The notes beneath the pieces were generated by a model. It was not told where the DNA came from, searched no databases, and was given only the letters and a program-made list of their open reading frames with translations. A stretch of DNA of 61,753 nucleotides, the filler included, from Choristocarpus tenellus KU-1152 (taxonomy: Eukaryota > Protista > Phaeophyceae): NCBI GenBank assembly GCA_964200185.2. It is 10 parts of 10 records of this genome, joined end to end, with 100 filler letters (N's around TTAATTAATTAA, not from the genome) between each part and the next. Parts side by side here need not be neighbours in the genome. Positions count along the whole stretch, not along the records: positions 1 to 5,684 come from CAXNAD020010021.1; positions 5,785 to 14,268 come from CAXNAD020004661.1; 8 more parts are not named here. One strand, written 5' to 3'. Below are positions 1 to 12,347 of this stretch, in pieces (the first letter of the stretch is position 1; each line of letters opens with the position of its first letter). The position numbers and the translations under genes are program-made.

Positions 1-58
1 ATGTATATAGTTTTCATTGGTTTCCCCTGACACATCAGAGGGCATAATAATAATAATA
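1..58 (+). repeat. Dispersed repeat D: probable 3' end of a SINE/LINE with (AAT)n tail
   Basis: tagttttcattggtttcccctgacacatcagagggcat(aat)n matches the reverse complement of 25805-25875 and partly 34187-34229. Confidence 0.55.
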
Positions 59-59
59 G

Positions 60-311
60 ACCTTTTCTAATTCTTCCCGATGTATCATAATGAGAACCAT
101 GACAAGGACAAAACCAGCCATCATAGTAACCTTTATTAGATAGTGGAACGCAGCCAAGATGTGTGCATATTCCGATTGTTACTAACCATTTAGAATGTCC
201 AGGCTTAACTCTTGCAGAATCTTCTTCTGGGTCAATTAAATCTTTCAGTGGAGTGTCAACAGCTTCTTTTATTTTCTCATCAGTTCTATGAGTTATAAAC
301 ACTGGTTTCCC
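60..311 (-). pseudogene. petA: Fragment of cytochrome bc1 Rieske iron-sulfur subunit, Rickettsiales-like
   Basis: Open minus frame, absent from the ORF track: [84 protein letters not shown]. Both Rieske boxes (CTHLGC, CPCHGS) are present. It lacks the N-terminal anchor and the C-terminal PAPxNL, so it is truncated at both ends. Confidence 0.9.
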
Positions 312-1056
312 AGGATGAACAATAGATCACATGAAATTTACACTTCCTAAAAAATCTCACATCCTTCGCACATCAAAATCTTGGACCAACATCCAACAAG
401 TTCCTCCACTAAAAACCTGACTCCAATCAATTTTGACCTATACGTTTAGGAGGATGATCCAATGAAAAGTTCAGCATCCCTGCAGGTCCACTGCGAGAAA
501 GTGGTATCGAAGACTAGGTTTGGGTGGAGGAAAGGGCAGACACTGAAGAGTTCGCTTGAAGAGTTCCAGTCCACGGTACTGGTGCAAGCTTACCTATCTA
601 CTTGAATATCATAGGCTGAGCTAATGCATTCTGTCATGTCGTTGAAGATATTGGCTGGGGTGGTCATCCTCCTCCCACTTGCACTCTTTGAGCCAATGAC
701 GGATGCTTTGCATGTCAGAACGAGTTTACGTGAACAAGTAGAGGAGTGTGTTCGGGACGTGATATTTCCAGAGGTTGGCTGTGATCTCCCGGAAGATGTC
801 AATGTGGACTCTGTGTTACCTGTTTCATCAAACCGTCGGTGTAGGTTCGAGGTGATACTTGGAGTCATCAACTTATGTTTCTTTTTATCCCTTGCCAGAT
901 TGCCCATCCCATAGAATCCCACGCTCACTTTCTGAGAATGGGTTCCTGTCCCGTGCCTAAGGTGGTCAATCTATCGCCTCTATTATCAGTCAATATCATA
1001 AACATAACCTCCATCATTGTGTTTCTCCTATTGCTATACCCATTGCCATCTCGCAG

Positions 1057-4000
1057 GCTGAGGATCTCAAATCGGAAAACATGAAGAAGGTAGCCAGTAT
1101 GTTCCACTTCCGTTTCATTGGGGACAGCACCACGAGACGTCTGGCCGATAGCTTTGAATCTCTTTACACAGGAATAAAACCAACTCATCCGAAGGAGGAA
1201 ATAAATATAGACCACAGAGTTGGAGCATTGGATGCCGTCTTTAAGTGGACACCAATGTGCAGTGACTTTCCTGCCAAGATTGCAGAATCCACACTTGCTT
1301 TGGACAACCCTGCGCATAAAGTGGTTGTGATCGTGACGCAGTTCGGCATCCATGACATAACTCATGCGGTGAGAGCCTAATATCTCAGGAAGATTTGGTC
1401 TAATGTGTGGTTGGTAATTGCTGCACCCTGTCGATTTTTTAGGGTCTACATGGATATATCAGTCTGCCCATGTCAATTCCATCTCCAATTGAGAAAGTCT
1501 GTGATGTTGAGATTTGATGATCCCTTGATAAGTGTACCACTGATCTCAATGTAAAGGTTAGCTGCTTCTGGTGAAATTAATATACCTCTTGCGGTTGCAT
1601 TATTGATTGAAGGAGAGATGGTGTTCTCGTTCCATTGATTAAAGATCACTGATGTGTTGCGACTTCTGTCTTTGTTACAATGTTGTCTTTCTGCAAGCAT
1701 TATGCCCAAGAGAGTGAACAGAAAAGATGCCTTGCATCGTAGGTGTCCCCCTTTGCTGCAGTATACCGAGGAGACAAGAACCCTAGGTCGTAGATTTAGA
1801 GCTGTGAACAGAATTTTTTGAATTGGTTATCGGGTTATTCCGTGCGTCTTATGTCTTATACGTGCATACGCCTCCAAAGGTTCCTGTTTGTATCGTGCAT
1901 AAGGACACACACTTAGACGTGTGTGATGATTTCGTCGCTACTGTGACTCTCACTATCGCACCGCAAAGAGGATATGGTGTAAGAGTTCCCTAACCTGGGG
2001 GATTATGAGGTCATTGGATGAAGCTGGAGATAATGGTCCTCATGATGAAGTCTCACACAATTTAGCCCTGGGCAAGCCTTCATATGGGGGTGGTAAGGTC
2101 ACAATCTCTAACAGAGATAATGTTGACAACTGAATACTCCTTACTTTCAGAACTAGACGTCATTGGAGCACAGTGGTGTAACAGATCCCTGGTGAGATTT
2201 CGGCAGGAATAACTCAACTGTAACTTGTTTCCTATGTGTCAAACTCAAGTGGTGGGGATCATGATGAAAGAAAGTGGAGCACATCAAGAACAACCACTCT
2301 CATCCAACACCTCAGTTGCGCTCTGGAAAGGCACAGGAAAGCTCTTGGAAAGTACCAGGGGACTGAGAAGGGGAAAGGAAAACCATCCCTTGCCTTGTGC
2401 CATCGACTTCGAACTGGAAGACATTACTCTCTGGATACCTCACCTCTGCCGCCTTACTGTTATGACCTATCAGCCATTTTTGGTGAGTTTTCCCTGTGTG
2501 CGCACATGCATTTAACTCAGAAGTTCATATTGCCGTGTTGATAAGGATCAACAATCCGTTCAGTATGCTGCATATTGTTCACATGAGCGAATGTCTCGTG
2601 TCCTCGTCTGTGCTTTCCTTGGCCCTTGCTCATGAACACCTTCCCTTTTGTCTTGTTTCTCTGCCCCTGATCTTTACAGGTTGTCTACACCGAGCACTTC
2701 CAGGCTCTTGTCTGATCACTCTACCTCAACATCTAGATTCCGTGGGATTGAGTCATTGTTAGACTTCTGGAAGGCATCACAAAGAGGAATGCGGCTCTCA
2801 CTCTGGAATTTCAGCAGGCAACTGCCACAGGTTGTGGGTGGACTTTCTTTGACCACGAGAGCTACACATCTTGGACTCTGGCCTTCATTGATGTACCTTG
2901 GGAGAGAGTTGAACTCCCTGTGAAATGCACCTGCTTCTCTGGTAGCTCTACGGGTGGTGACCTGGTCGTGTCAAAGCACTGGCGAAGGAGCAACCCAAGG
3001 GTCATTTGTACCTTAGCTCTAGTCACAGGCTGTGAGTCGTCTATGGTAAATTCTGCTGTGAGGTGGAGAGGAGGGGAGCTGTGAAGGAGACTGATGTCTG
3101 TGGAGGGCACTACTGCCTTGAGGAAACACTAGAGGTGGCCTTGAATGGATTGAAACCCCACCATGGTAGACTGTGTACCAGATGCTAAGTACACAGACTC
3201 CAGCTGTATGTCATTACGAGTCAGTGAAATGTGTGAGGCGGTCAAGATTTGACCAAAGGTGCTGCAAGACATGAAAAGTTGAAGGTGGTCTACCTGGAAC
3301 GCAACATATTGCATTCTCTACCAGAAGGAGGATTTTAAGTGTCCTTGAGACCAATGACGTATCTCTCACAAACATCATTCTTTTTAGACTACCACCATTG
3401 TCACTAGAGGAAAGAAAGGTGCTATTTTATTTTTTGGTGCATGCCTTTTGTTGTTGCTGTGATCAGTGCCTATTTAGAGCAACCTCCGTGACGGGTCAAA
3501 CACGATACTTAGTGGCATACTAAATTATACTATGGAGCATTGTGAAGTAACTGCCGAAAGCACCAATTCCCTTGCTTGCTAACAAGTGGAGCAATGTGGT
3601 CCATTGTTGCAATAAAATTACAACAGAACGGGAGTCAGTCGGCCTCAAATATTTTCGCCTCCAGCAGGGCCTCTCACCAGTCAGGTGGCCTATGTTCTCG
3701 TGACTGCGCTACTCGCAGGCCACTTGCGACCCAAACTCAACCAACTAAGCCAAAGTATCTTAGAGGGTAGAGCCACGTCCATTTGGGGGCCAAAATCCAA
3801 TGTTGTGATTTCGATGTAATTTTGGCTATCGTGGTTGCTAGGAAGTGTCAATATCCTTGTTCCGGACACACCTTTTCATAACGTATAAATGATACGTACT
3901 CCGAAATATTTTGGAGTAGGAAAATGTCATAAAAACCCTGAGGGAAGCCAAGCCCCAAAGGGACAAACCGGGCAAAACTTGTACCCTAACCCTAAGGTAC

Positions 4001-4959
4001 TTTCACTCGACTGCCATGCTAGTAATGTCCTTGTGGGTATGTTTGTATGGGTGTAGTTGCACTGTGTTCATTACCGGCAAACTGGTAGGTCAGCATGCGT
4101 ATTGTAGCCATGATGTTTCCGGTATTAAATTGTAGGATAAAGTGATTGGGTGTGTGTTTGTTGTCCTTGAAGCTGAGAGATTCCTGTGCTTTGATGTGTA
4201 ATCATTTTCAACGACATACCCTTTGAATTTATAGGAGCATTTGCCAATCAATTTCTACGCCTTTTGTTTCTAATGCCATTTTATTCTCAGCTCTTACAAG
4301 ACCAGACCTTGAGTTTCAATACTATGTTAATTTTGTTTGTTGTCCCTGCGATCACTTGCTGACCTATATACCTTTGTCATAGTACAGAATTCCGTTGCTT
4401 ACACTAGAGCATTGAGCTCTCAAGAGATTCCCTGAGTTCAACCGACCTCCTCTCCCATTACCATTGACCTGATCGGTATGACTCTTGGCAGTTGAAGACT
4501 CCTGAGGGATCTTGGCAAGGAAGAGTCCAGGCGAGTGACGTGCATGCAAAGGATAATCAAGAACGTTCAAAGAGTGCTATGGGCCGATGCCTGAATGTCA
4601 CTCAACGACTAATCGACTTTGCACAGCAGCAATCAAGAGAGGGTTTGCGGCCCATAGTGTTGTTGATGCAAGGCAACCCATTTATGGCAGGGGATGTACG
4701 GTGTGGATGGATGGATGAGCTCCATGTCCAACGTCTCAAGGTCTTGCAGAATGGGCAGATCCACTCACACGCAGGAAACTCCACTGCTGGGGGACCGTAC
4801 ATGCTGGAAGACACTGCAGGCATATTTGATAAGCTTGAGTGCAAGAGGATCAATGACTCAATCCACTTCTGGGAGCCAGTAAAGTTGACACAAGCGAAGA
4901 TGCTCTGGCATATCATGACCATAATTGCTGATGGCCTGGACTCCGGATATAGTCCATAA
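1057..4959 (+). CDS. SGNH/GDSL-type hydrolase, PC-esterase/TBL-like (5' exons not identified)
   Basis: Exon 1057-1368 (cgcag|...GCG|gtgaga) has FIGDSTTRR and QFGIHD. A phase-0 intron 1369-4491 (..ggcag|) joins exon 4492-4959, which has the terminal DxxH motif (NDSIHF) and TAA. Confidence 0.7.
3130..3380 (-). mobile_element. Highly degenerate retroelement RT trace (DIRS/gypsy-like)
   Basis: Frameshifted VIGLKDT* ... QYVAFQV...STFG resembles DLKDAY...AF...LPFG. Multiple stops. Confidence 0.25.
3747..4008 (+). mobile_element. MITE family A copy (~260 bp), in SGNH intron
   Basis: Family TIRs GAGCCAAAGTATCTTAGAGGGTA / TACCCTCTAAGATACTTTCACTC, here slightly diverged. Flanks aact/gact (imperfect 4-bp TSD). 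Confidence 0.9.
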
Positions 4960-5523
4960 TATTTTGAAGTACAAAGTACTGAGAAGATAACAAAATGATT
5001 GATACTTTCTACGTTAGGTACAAAGTTTAAATTGAATGTATGACCTAAGTGCGGTTGATCCAGACTTTTTTTTTTTACACAATCATACATGTGGGGGGTT
5101 GTTGTTGATGGATGGGAGAAAAGATAACAAGAGAGAGGAGGGAACAGCTTATTCATCATTCTCCCAAATCAAGTTTCCTTCAAACGAACTTGTAGTACCA
5201 GTATTGAAAGATGGAAGCAACAATAACAAAGAGTCCTCCATATTTTTCTTGTAACTTAACAGGACAAAATACTAAGCAACTAATACATGTCACAGTTCTT
5301 GCAAGGTGCTGTTGTAGTACTGTAGTACGAGTACCAGGATAAAACAGAATTACTCCAGAGTAGTTGAATAGTTACTTTGTTCCAGCAGTTTCCATACTCG
5401 TCCAATTGCCAATTAGTTCTTGGTGTGCATGTACTGTTAGTGGAGCTAAAATGCTATTTTTTGTTTCTTGGCAGACATGTACTTCTAGTGAATCTCTATC
5501 GATTTGTGAATATCAACCATATA

Positions 5524-5684
5524 ACAGTGGATTTTAATAATTGAGGATGGAGCGTACTATTGAGGATGGTTAAGACCGAAAATGGTGCGGAAAAAGTGCT
5601 GATATGTTTTTTTTGTAAATGTAGCGGCACTTTTTTAAGGCCCCTTTTTGAATGGGATATATATTTTGTTCAAAACTATTTCGG
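5524..5684 (+). mobile_element. MITE family C, left end (cut by contig end)
   Basis: TA|ACAGTGGATTTT...TTGAGGATGG x2; the reverse complement occurs at 14369-14434. Confidence 0.65.
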
Positions 5685-5784
5685 NNNNNNNNNNNNNNNN
5701 NNNNNNNNNNNNNNNNNNNNNNNNNNNNTTAATTAATTAANNNNNNNNNNNNNNNNNNNNNNNNNNNNNNNNNNNNNNNNNNNN
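5685..5784. other. Artificial contig-joining spacer
   Basis: N44-TTAATTAATTAA-N44. Confidence 0.99.
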
Positions 5785-5850
5785 AAAAAAGTGAAATTGA
5801 AAAGGGGTGAAAAACGGATACCGACACCCCCCCCCCCGATACTTTGACGC
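5785..5850 (-). mobile_element. MITE family B2 end
   Basis: ...ccccccgatactttgacgc; reverse complement of the element starting at 57643. Confidence 0.7.
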
Positions 5851-7440
5851 CACTAAGTCTGTGACCCGCTCAATCGCACATCGTCCTCGGCTAATCCTGG
5901 TTGGAAATTCACAGTATGAAATGTGGTATGGCACCCCTGCACCCCTGATGACCTACCAATTCATTCAACCTGGTGTTTGCCGTCTCAGTAAGACCCGGAA
6001 GACCTTCCAAACGGATCAAAGGTGTTTTTTCCTGGGGCTGGGGACCAATCAACCTCAAGATGCGTGCCATGATCTTACTGCAACTGGTGCCATTGTTTCT
6101 ACGCAAGACGTGACCTGGCTGTCCAACTAAGGACCCCAGTCTTGCCCCAGTAGGAGAGGTTGCCCCTGCTTGATGAAAGGGGGGGGTTGTTGATGCAGAC
6201 CCTCATTCTGAGGACAAGGTTCCAATCCCGAAGTAGGTGGCCCACCATTAGATCTAAAACTTATTTGTTCATCTCGCTCCTCCACTTCATCCCTATCTGA
6301 TGTCTCCCCCCCTTGGCGAAGGGAGTGTAGGTCAGATTGTCATGGACCTGGCTGTTGACCCTTCCCGTAGTGATGGGGAGGGAGGTCAGGTTGACATGAG
6401 TCTATCCAGAGGTACTAACCGAGAGTGTGAAGGGAGTGAGTGTAGGACATGTCTGATCCTTGAGTTCACAGCACTTGCCTCAGGTGCTGACCCAATGGCT
6501 GTCCTTACTGCAGGTCGCCAGCTGGAAGACTTTCTCCAGTCTGTCAACCTTGCATTGGGTTAGGTAGGACTAGACATAGAACGCGTTCCAAAGTTGAAGG
6601 AAGTGGAGGTGTTGGTGATGTGATATCTCTCATTGCTAGTATAGAGAGAAAACATGTTGCTTATGCCCTGGATGCACAGGCCACGCCTGAGTCTGTGTTG
6701 ATGTATATCCCCCTTCATGATCGTCTTGTTTCTGAGTTGGGATCAGCCCCACAGTCTTATGCTGGCCTCGAAAGTCTGAATACTGGGCAGTATGGGAAAA
6801 GGCTATGCCTAAGGAGTAGGATAGATTATTGGACACAGGCACCGTCAGTATTGTAGATGTACCCTCGGCGCGCAAGGCTATTGGTTCCAAGTGGGTGTTC
6901 AAATGGAAGGGTGACACCTTTGGTATGTTTAGTGAGGCTAAGGCTAGGCTTGTTGCGCAACATTTTGGTCAGGAGTGCAGCTTTGACTACTTTGAAACCT
7001 CTGCCCCCACACCTTCTGCCTCGTCGGTTAGGCTAATGGCCAGCATGACCTGTAGGTTGGGCCTGAGGATGCAGCACCTGGATGTAGAGCAGGCCTTTGT
7101 TCAATCTGACGTGGATGAGGAAGTGTACATGCGCCTCCAACAGGGACATGGGGGTCTCTCCTATATAACCGTATGCCTTCGTGGGTCCCTGTATATGATG
7201 GTTTAAAGCAAGCCTCTAGGGCTTGGAATGCTAAGCCAGCTTCAACCCTTAAGCGTAATTGTTTTGAGCAGTGTCTGATTGACCCGTGTGTTTTTATATT
7301 CAGGAGGAATGGTATTGTCAAGATAATCCTTGCAGTTCATGTGGATGACATTGTGGTTTTGGCTTCTGATGATGATTGCTATGATCCTTGTGCCTCCTTG
7401 AATAGAGAGTTCCCACCAAGAACCTTGGGTTGTTTTAGTG
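5851..7440 (+). mobile_element. Ty1/copia LTR retrotransposon pol remnant (integrase tail and RT), frameshifted
   Basis: KAIGSKWVFKWK, KARLVA, DYFETSAP, HLDVEQAFV, EEVYM, SLY/GLKQASRAW, DPCVF and HVDD motifs across ORFs 6829-7206 and 7173-7478. Confidence 0.92.
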
Positions 7441-10400
7441 TTGCGAATCGGGACGGTTTAATCTACTTGATCCAATAAATTGACAATCGACATCGTAGTG
7501 GGAAAAATGTTCAATTGATTGTATTCTATTTTCTCATGAACATCAACACGATCACAACTAAACAAAGGATTGGTGTATGAATATTCATTCTTTACACTTC
7601 AATGTTTTGACTTTCCCCTACATATCTCGTTCAATATAGTGTATTTTTATGGTTATTTTTGCTCTGCCTGTTTTGTATTATACTGCTCCTCTTCAGACGT
7701 ACTGAAGATGTGATATCTTCCAATGCATAGGTTCTGTTCAGTCTAATCAAGTACAGAGAAAGAAAAACAATCAGTGGTGGTTCCTAAATACAATGGGTTC
7801 TCTCCTCAACTACACATCTCTACTTTCATCAAAATGATCGAGAAGAGCGTTGTTTCTTTTCTGTTGTCATTCACATGGCATTTCGGGGTTATTTTTGATT
7901 GGATCTATAACCCACACTCATTAGAGTCCGACTCTTAAGGAGTGTCATGAATACCTTGTACATGACGTAGGATAATGCCCTTTCTTTGCTCGGTCAGGTG
8001 TAGTGAACGGACACATATATTGGTAGATGCACGTTGTGTGGTATGCCTGAAAGGCTTGAAGGGAAAACAACCAAGTCGGCATGCGTGCAATGAGCTGAGG
8101 AGGAATCTGTTTCCTCACATCGATTGGTTATGGTCGCTTGAATCTTTAGAAGTACGATTCACCTACATAATTTCTGTGATCCCTTGATGGATGCTTCGCT
8201 GGCATTGTTCTCAAAATCTAAGGGTGCCAACTATGCTCTAACTAGTACCTTGTTACTTGGTATTAGACCAGAATGATGCTACATGAGGAGAGTACGATTC
8301 TACCTACTAGCCTTGCTGATGCGGCGAAAGAAGTTTTTGTTTTACGAGGAACTGGACGGTGGAGTGAAGATGGAGTCGTAATGGTGCCGACGTGTAGGAT
8401 GTCCTCATGAAGTGAAGAAAAACGCTGAAATGCATATTGTTCCTCTCTACCATTGTTGAAGGTGTGAGTGAAGGCACACAACCTAATAAAAACCTGTGAG
8501 ATTGTGAGCCATTTAGTCCCTTGGTAATTTTTTTATTGGTTTGTTCTCACAGTCTGATGATGTCGATGATGCCTTGAGAAGAACCTTGTTCCTCGGAAAA
8601 GGGCAGTGATTATGTTTTGAGGAGAAGCTTGAGGATATAGACATGAAATAAACAAATGAGTGCTCGTGTTTTTAGCCAGGTGAAAGAATAGGGAAAGGCA
8701 ATGTCGCGAGTCGTGAGTGTTGGAAAAGATTGCATGAAATAGATGGGTTATTGTATAGGTATGTACTATCCTTGTTTTCAACCCATGAATGAAGTATGTT
8801 TGAACAGTCTGCAGTAGGGGGACAGCACCCAGCCCTTGTCACTATACTATATCAATCATACAATCAAATTAAATCTTAGATGCAGTTGTGTTTTGTGGAT
8901 TAAACGATATATGGGGAGAGAAAAGTACGGTGATCGCCCTTCCTTGTAGTAAATCTTAGTCGAGCATACATGTCAGGCCTAGGCGTATGGATGGATTCGA
9001 ACAGGGCTCAAGTCTGCCCTCCCAGTGTTTTTTTGTGTTCACATGATGTATCCATAATTTCTTCACTAATTGAGGCACCAGATATGGTGGGCAGAAATTT
9101 TCTTCTTTGAGCCTTGGATTGTTTGAGTCGTTTCACAAGGGGGAAAGACGTTTTTATGTAGGCACTCAAATGAGTTTGTTGTTCAAGTAATACCAAGCGC
9201 TTCAGTACAAGTATAATATGCATCTAATTTGGTTCCACCAAGCCTCATATAGAAAGCATTCCAAGTTTTCCATGGTCCATGGAGACGAGATGTACCTGTT
9301 GAAACCTTGAATTGATTGTATCGTTTGTGGTTCTGGTGAAGTAAACTGTGTAGAGACTTGAACACATGTATGTGAAGAGGAGATACAGTGCACTGAAGGA
9401 CTGGTGAATTTAGCGTGATGAATCTTGTGAGGCTCGTAACCCGTTGAAACCTTGGACTGAATGAATCGTGCTCTTTTGTACAATGACAAGTCGTTTGGAA
9501 TGAAGGGGTGTCATATAGTACAGTGAAGTACTACTGATGAATTCATGTTGGTGAACCTTGTGACATGATCTGCATAGTCATAGGTTAAATGGTCCATGCA
9601 GGTGGAATATTGAAGTATGGTGTGCTTGTTCCTTTAGTGTATTCAAAGGAAATGATTCATGCTCGGTGTAGAGGCTTGTTACCTTGTGAAGGTTGTGGAT
9701 GTATTCACTCTGTACATGCCCCGCCCAGTTGTGTGTATAGGTACACATATTGCAGAGTGAATTCGTAGTCTAAGTGGGGGCGTTACCAACCAAAAATATA
9801 GGAAAATCATATACTGCTGTAAGTTCTTCTGTGGAAAAATCAAAAGAGACCTGAGTGTAATTCTTGAGTCAACTCATTTGTACACACACTGGGTTTATAT
9901 GTTGAATATCTACTGAATTAAGGGTCAAGAGAACTACCTTACATACTGTGCAGGGCATAGATGATCTAGCTGCTTCTTCACTAAGCAATGTGTGCTAGTA
10001 GAGGAAGCAACAGTGGACACTACTAGTTGGTGGTACTGGTATTGTATCTATGCACGCACAAGGAGGAGAGTAGCATGTGTTTTAGCAGTACCACAGTGTT
10101 GATCAGCAATCGTCTGCTTACCAGTCCATCAGTCCCTGTTTTGGGGATACCTCAGTCTGGTAGAGGTCGTACCAGAGCAAGTTGTAATTCATGACTTGAA
10201 TTATTGGGGTGACAACCAATGGTGAGAAGCAACCCTACAAAATAAAGTTTTAGAACAGGTGATTGGTACCAACCATCCTGATGATGTGATCATCGCCATT
10301 TCGTGTATGCCTTCTGTGCTACGACACCTAACTCACCAAGACACAGTGGAAGGCATCGTTTATACAGTGGAGGGCAGTATATATATATTGAGGTCACCAC

Positions 10401-10788
10401 AGTCTAATGTCCGTTATCCTTGTGCTATGTACTGCAATAATAGAACTGGGAGAAAAACCAATCAAGAGATAGACAGGTTTGGACCTTGCTGCATTCTAAG
10501 CCATCGTTCACACCGTGGGCAATACGCTCTATTTCTTTATGTGCACGAACGTGAGCGCAAAATTGATATTTCCCTTTCCAAACACAAAGTGACACCACAA
10601 TCCAACAAAAACTCTTTCTGCGATTCTACAAAATGTCATATTTTCCCCTTTCTCGGGATCAATAAAATGCAATTCTACCTACCTCTCAGTTGGTTTGACT
10701 CTCGGGCAGTATTTTATACCACGGGTTCTATGACGAGAGAGTGATACTCTTGCAACCCAACCATTGATGCAACTAAACCCTCGATTTA

Positions 10789-10965
10789 GGCTCAAAGTAT
10801 GGAAGGGGGGGATCTACACCAGGATGTCCATTAGGGCCCTGACCAGGAAAAGTGGACTTACATTTATCCATCCAACACATGCAGCCAAATCACTAAGAAA
10901 TTGCGACATAAAAAATAGGCCCCAAATGGACAGCCACCACCCCCCCCCACCAGATACTTCGAGCC
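10789..10965 (+). mobile_element. MITE family B1, complete 177-bp copy
   Basis: TIRs GGCTCAAAGTAT..G-run / C-run..ATACTTCGAGCC; TTTA duplicated on both sides; homologue at 50419-50609. Confidence 0.85.
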
Positions 10966-10973
10966 TTTATTCA

Positions 10974-12347
10974 CTAAATTGTGTCATCATATTTTGATTT
11001 TTTGATGTCACCTTTTAGCCTCCCAGGAAAGCACTCCGCCGGAATCATTTTGCCATGCTTGTTTATCACATGCGCCATGAGGATGGCATCATTCGAAACG
11101 TTCATGAAGCTTTGCCGACAGAACTGCATATTATGCATGTTGGATTGGGTTGTAAGCATTGGTGAAGTGTGGGAAGAATAAGGGTGAATTGTAAGAGATG
11201 AAAATGTGCCTTAAAATGCAAAGCGACCAATACATGAGTATCTCCAATTTACCTTTGCCGAAAGTATCTGTAGGGATGTCATCACAGTATTCTTAGTGAG
11301 ACCTCATACACTATAGATGACAGTACACAATACAAGCCTCGCCTTGTATTGGTATGGTGGTTGACAAGTCAATGAACTCTGACGTATACTACCAACGGTT
11401 TACATGATTTGCAGGTAATACGTATCTATTGGCATACCATGCAGCAATTGCCTTTTCAAGCTACCCTACACTTGTGTAAAAAACATCCCCGAGTTTCTTG
11501 TTACTCTGTTGTTGAGTCACTCCCGCCATCGCACATACATATTTCCGTATCTCCTGCCCCACCGAACTACTCCAGGCTATTGGCTCAGTATCCAGGCAAG
11601 GGAGGACTTCAATGGGAAATGCATCATGATATTTAACTTACAACATCAGTTGTGAGAAACTAGAGTATTGGGCCAGCAGGATTCCTATCCTTGTGGAGGA
11701 AAGGTGCTAGGCAATACGGAGCAATATTACATGGCAGGAAGAGTTGCTGGAGTACCATTTAAATAACACATTGATAACGCAAATTTTACTTTAAAAAAAA
11801 TCCACCTAGTTTATAGTTTCCAGGGGTATATCAGAATCACATGTTTGGACTACAGCAACGGTTGTGTGCGGTTATTGTTGTGTTAAGAGAAGATATGCAC
11901 TAGATTCTGTGAGGACCTTACAATGGGTTGGAAGGAGTGCTGCAAGGGAAGTAAGGTGTGACATTTCTCGAACATGTAGCGATAAAAGTACATCAATAGA
12001 GAGGACACAGAAAGACACATTCACAGGAAGGAGAAAGAGAAGCACGTTTTCAACAGCACACGTATCATCAGGTAGAGGCAGGGTTATCACAACTGTTGAT
12101 CTGGTATGTCGAGTGGTAGGCAACCACACAGATTATGACCATTTGTAACCCGCTGCGAAGACCTTGGTTGGAACAAGAAGATAACTACTCTATCGTGGAG
12201 CATAGACACGGGCACCAAGCTAACCTGGCAGACGATGTTGCATGCAGCGGCGTTAACGGCGCGCTGGGAGCCCTTATTGGTCTGAGCCTTCTTTTTCGCG
12301 TTCCGAGAACGAGCCATCGCAGACTTTTGTCCATTCCCACCCCCCAT
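10974..12347 (-). CDS. Small At2g23090-like (SERF/4F5 + C2H2) zinc-binding protein, ~90 aa
   Basis: Exon 12347-12225 MGGGNGQKSAMARSRNAKKK...KGSQ...IVCQ|gttag is spliced in phase 0 to exon 11123-10974 FCRQSF...HVINKH...ECFP. The MGGGNxQKS start and CxxC...HxxxxH are characteristic. Confidence 0.88.

Noticed and set aside
312-930. Overlapping ORFs 590-928 and 624-914, with a possible gag/RT trace
   Set aside because: No convincing domain; probably eroded retroelement DNA.
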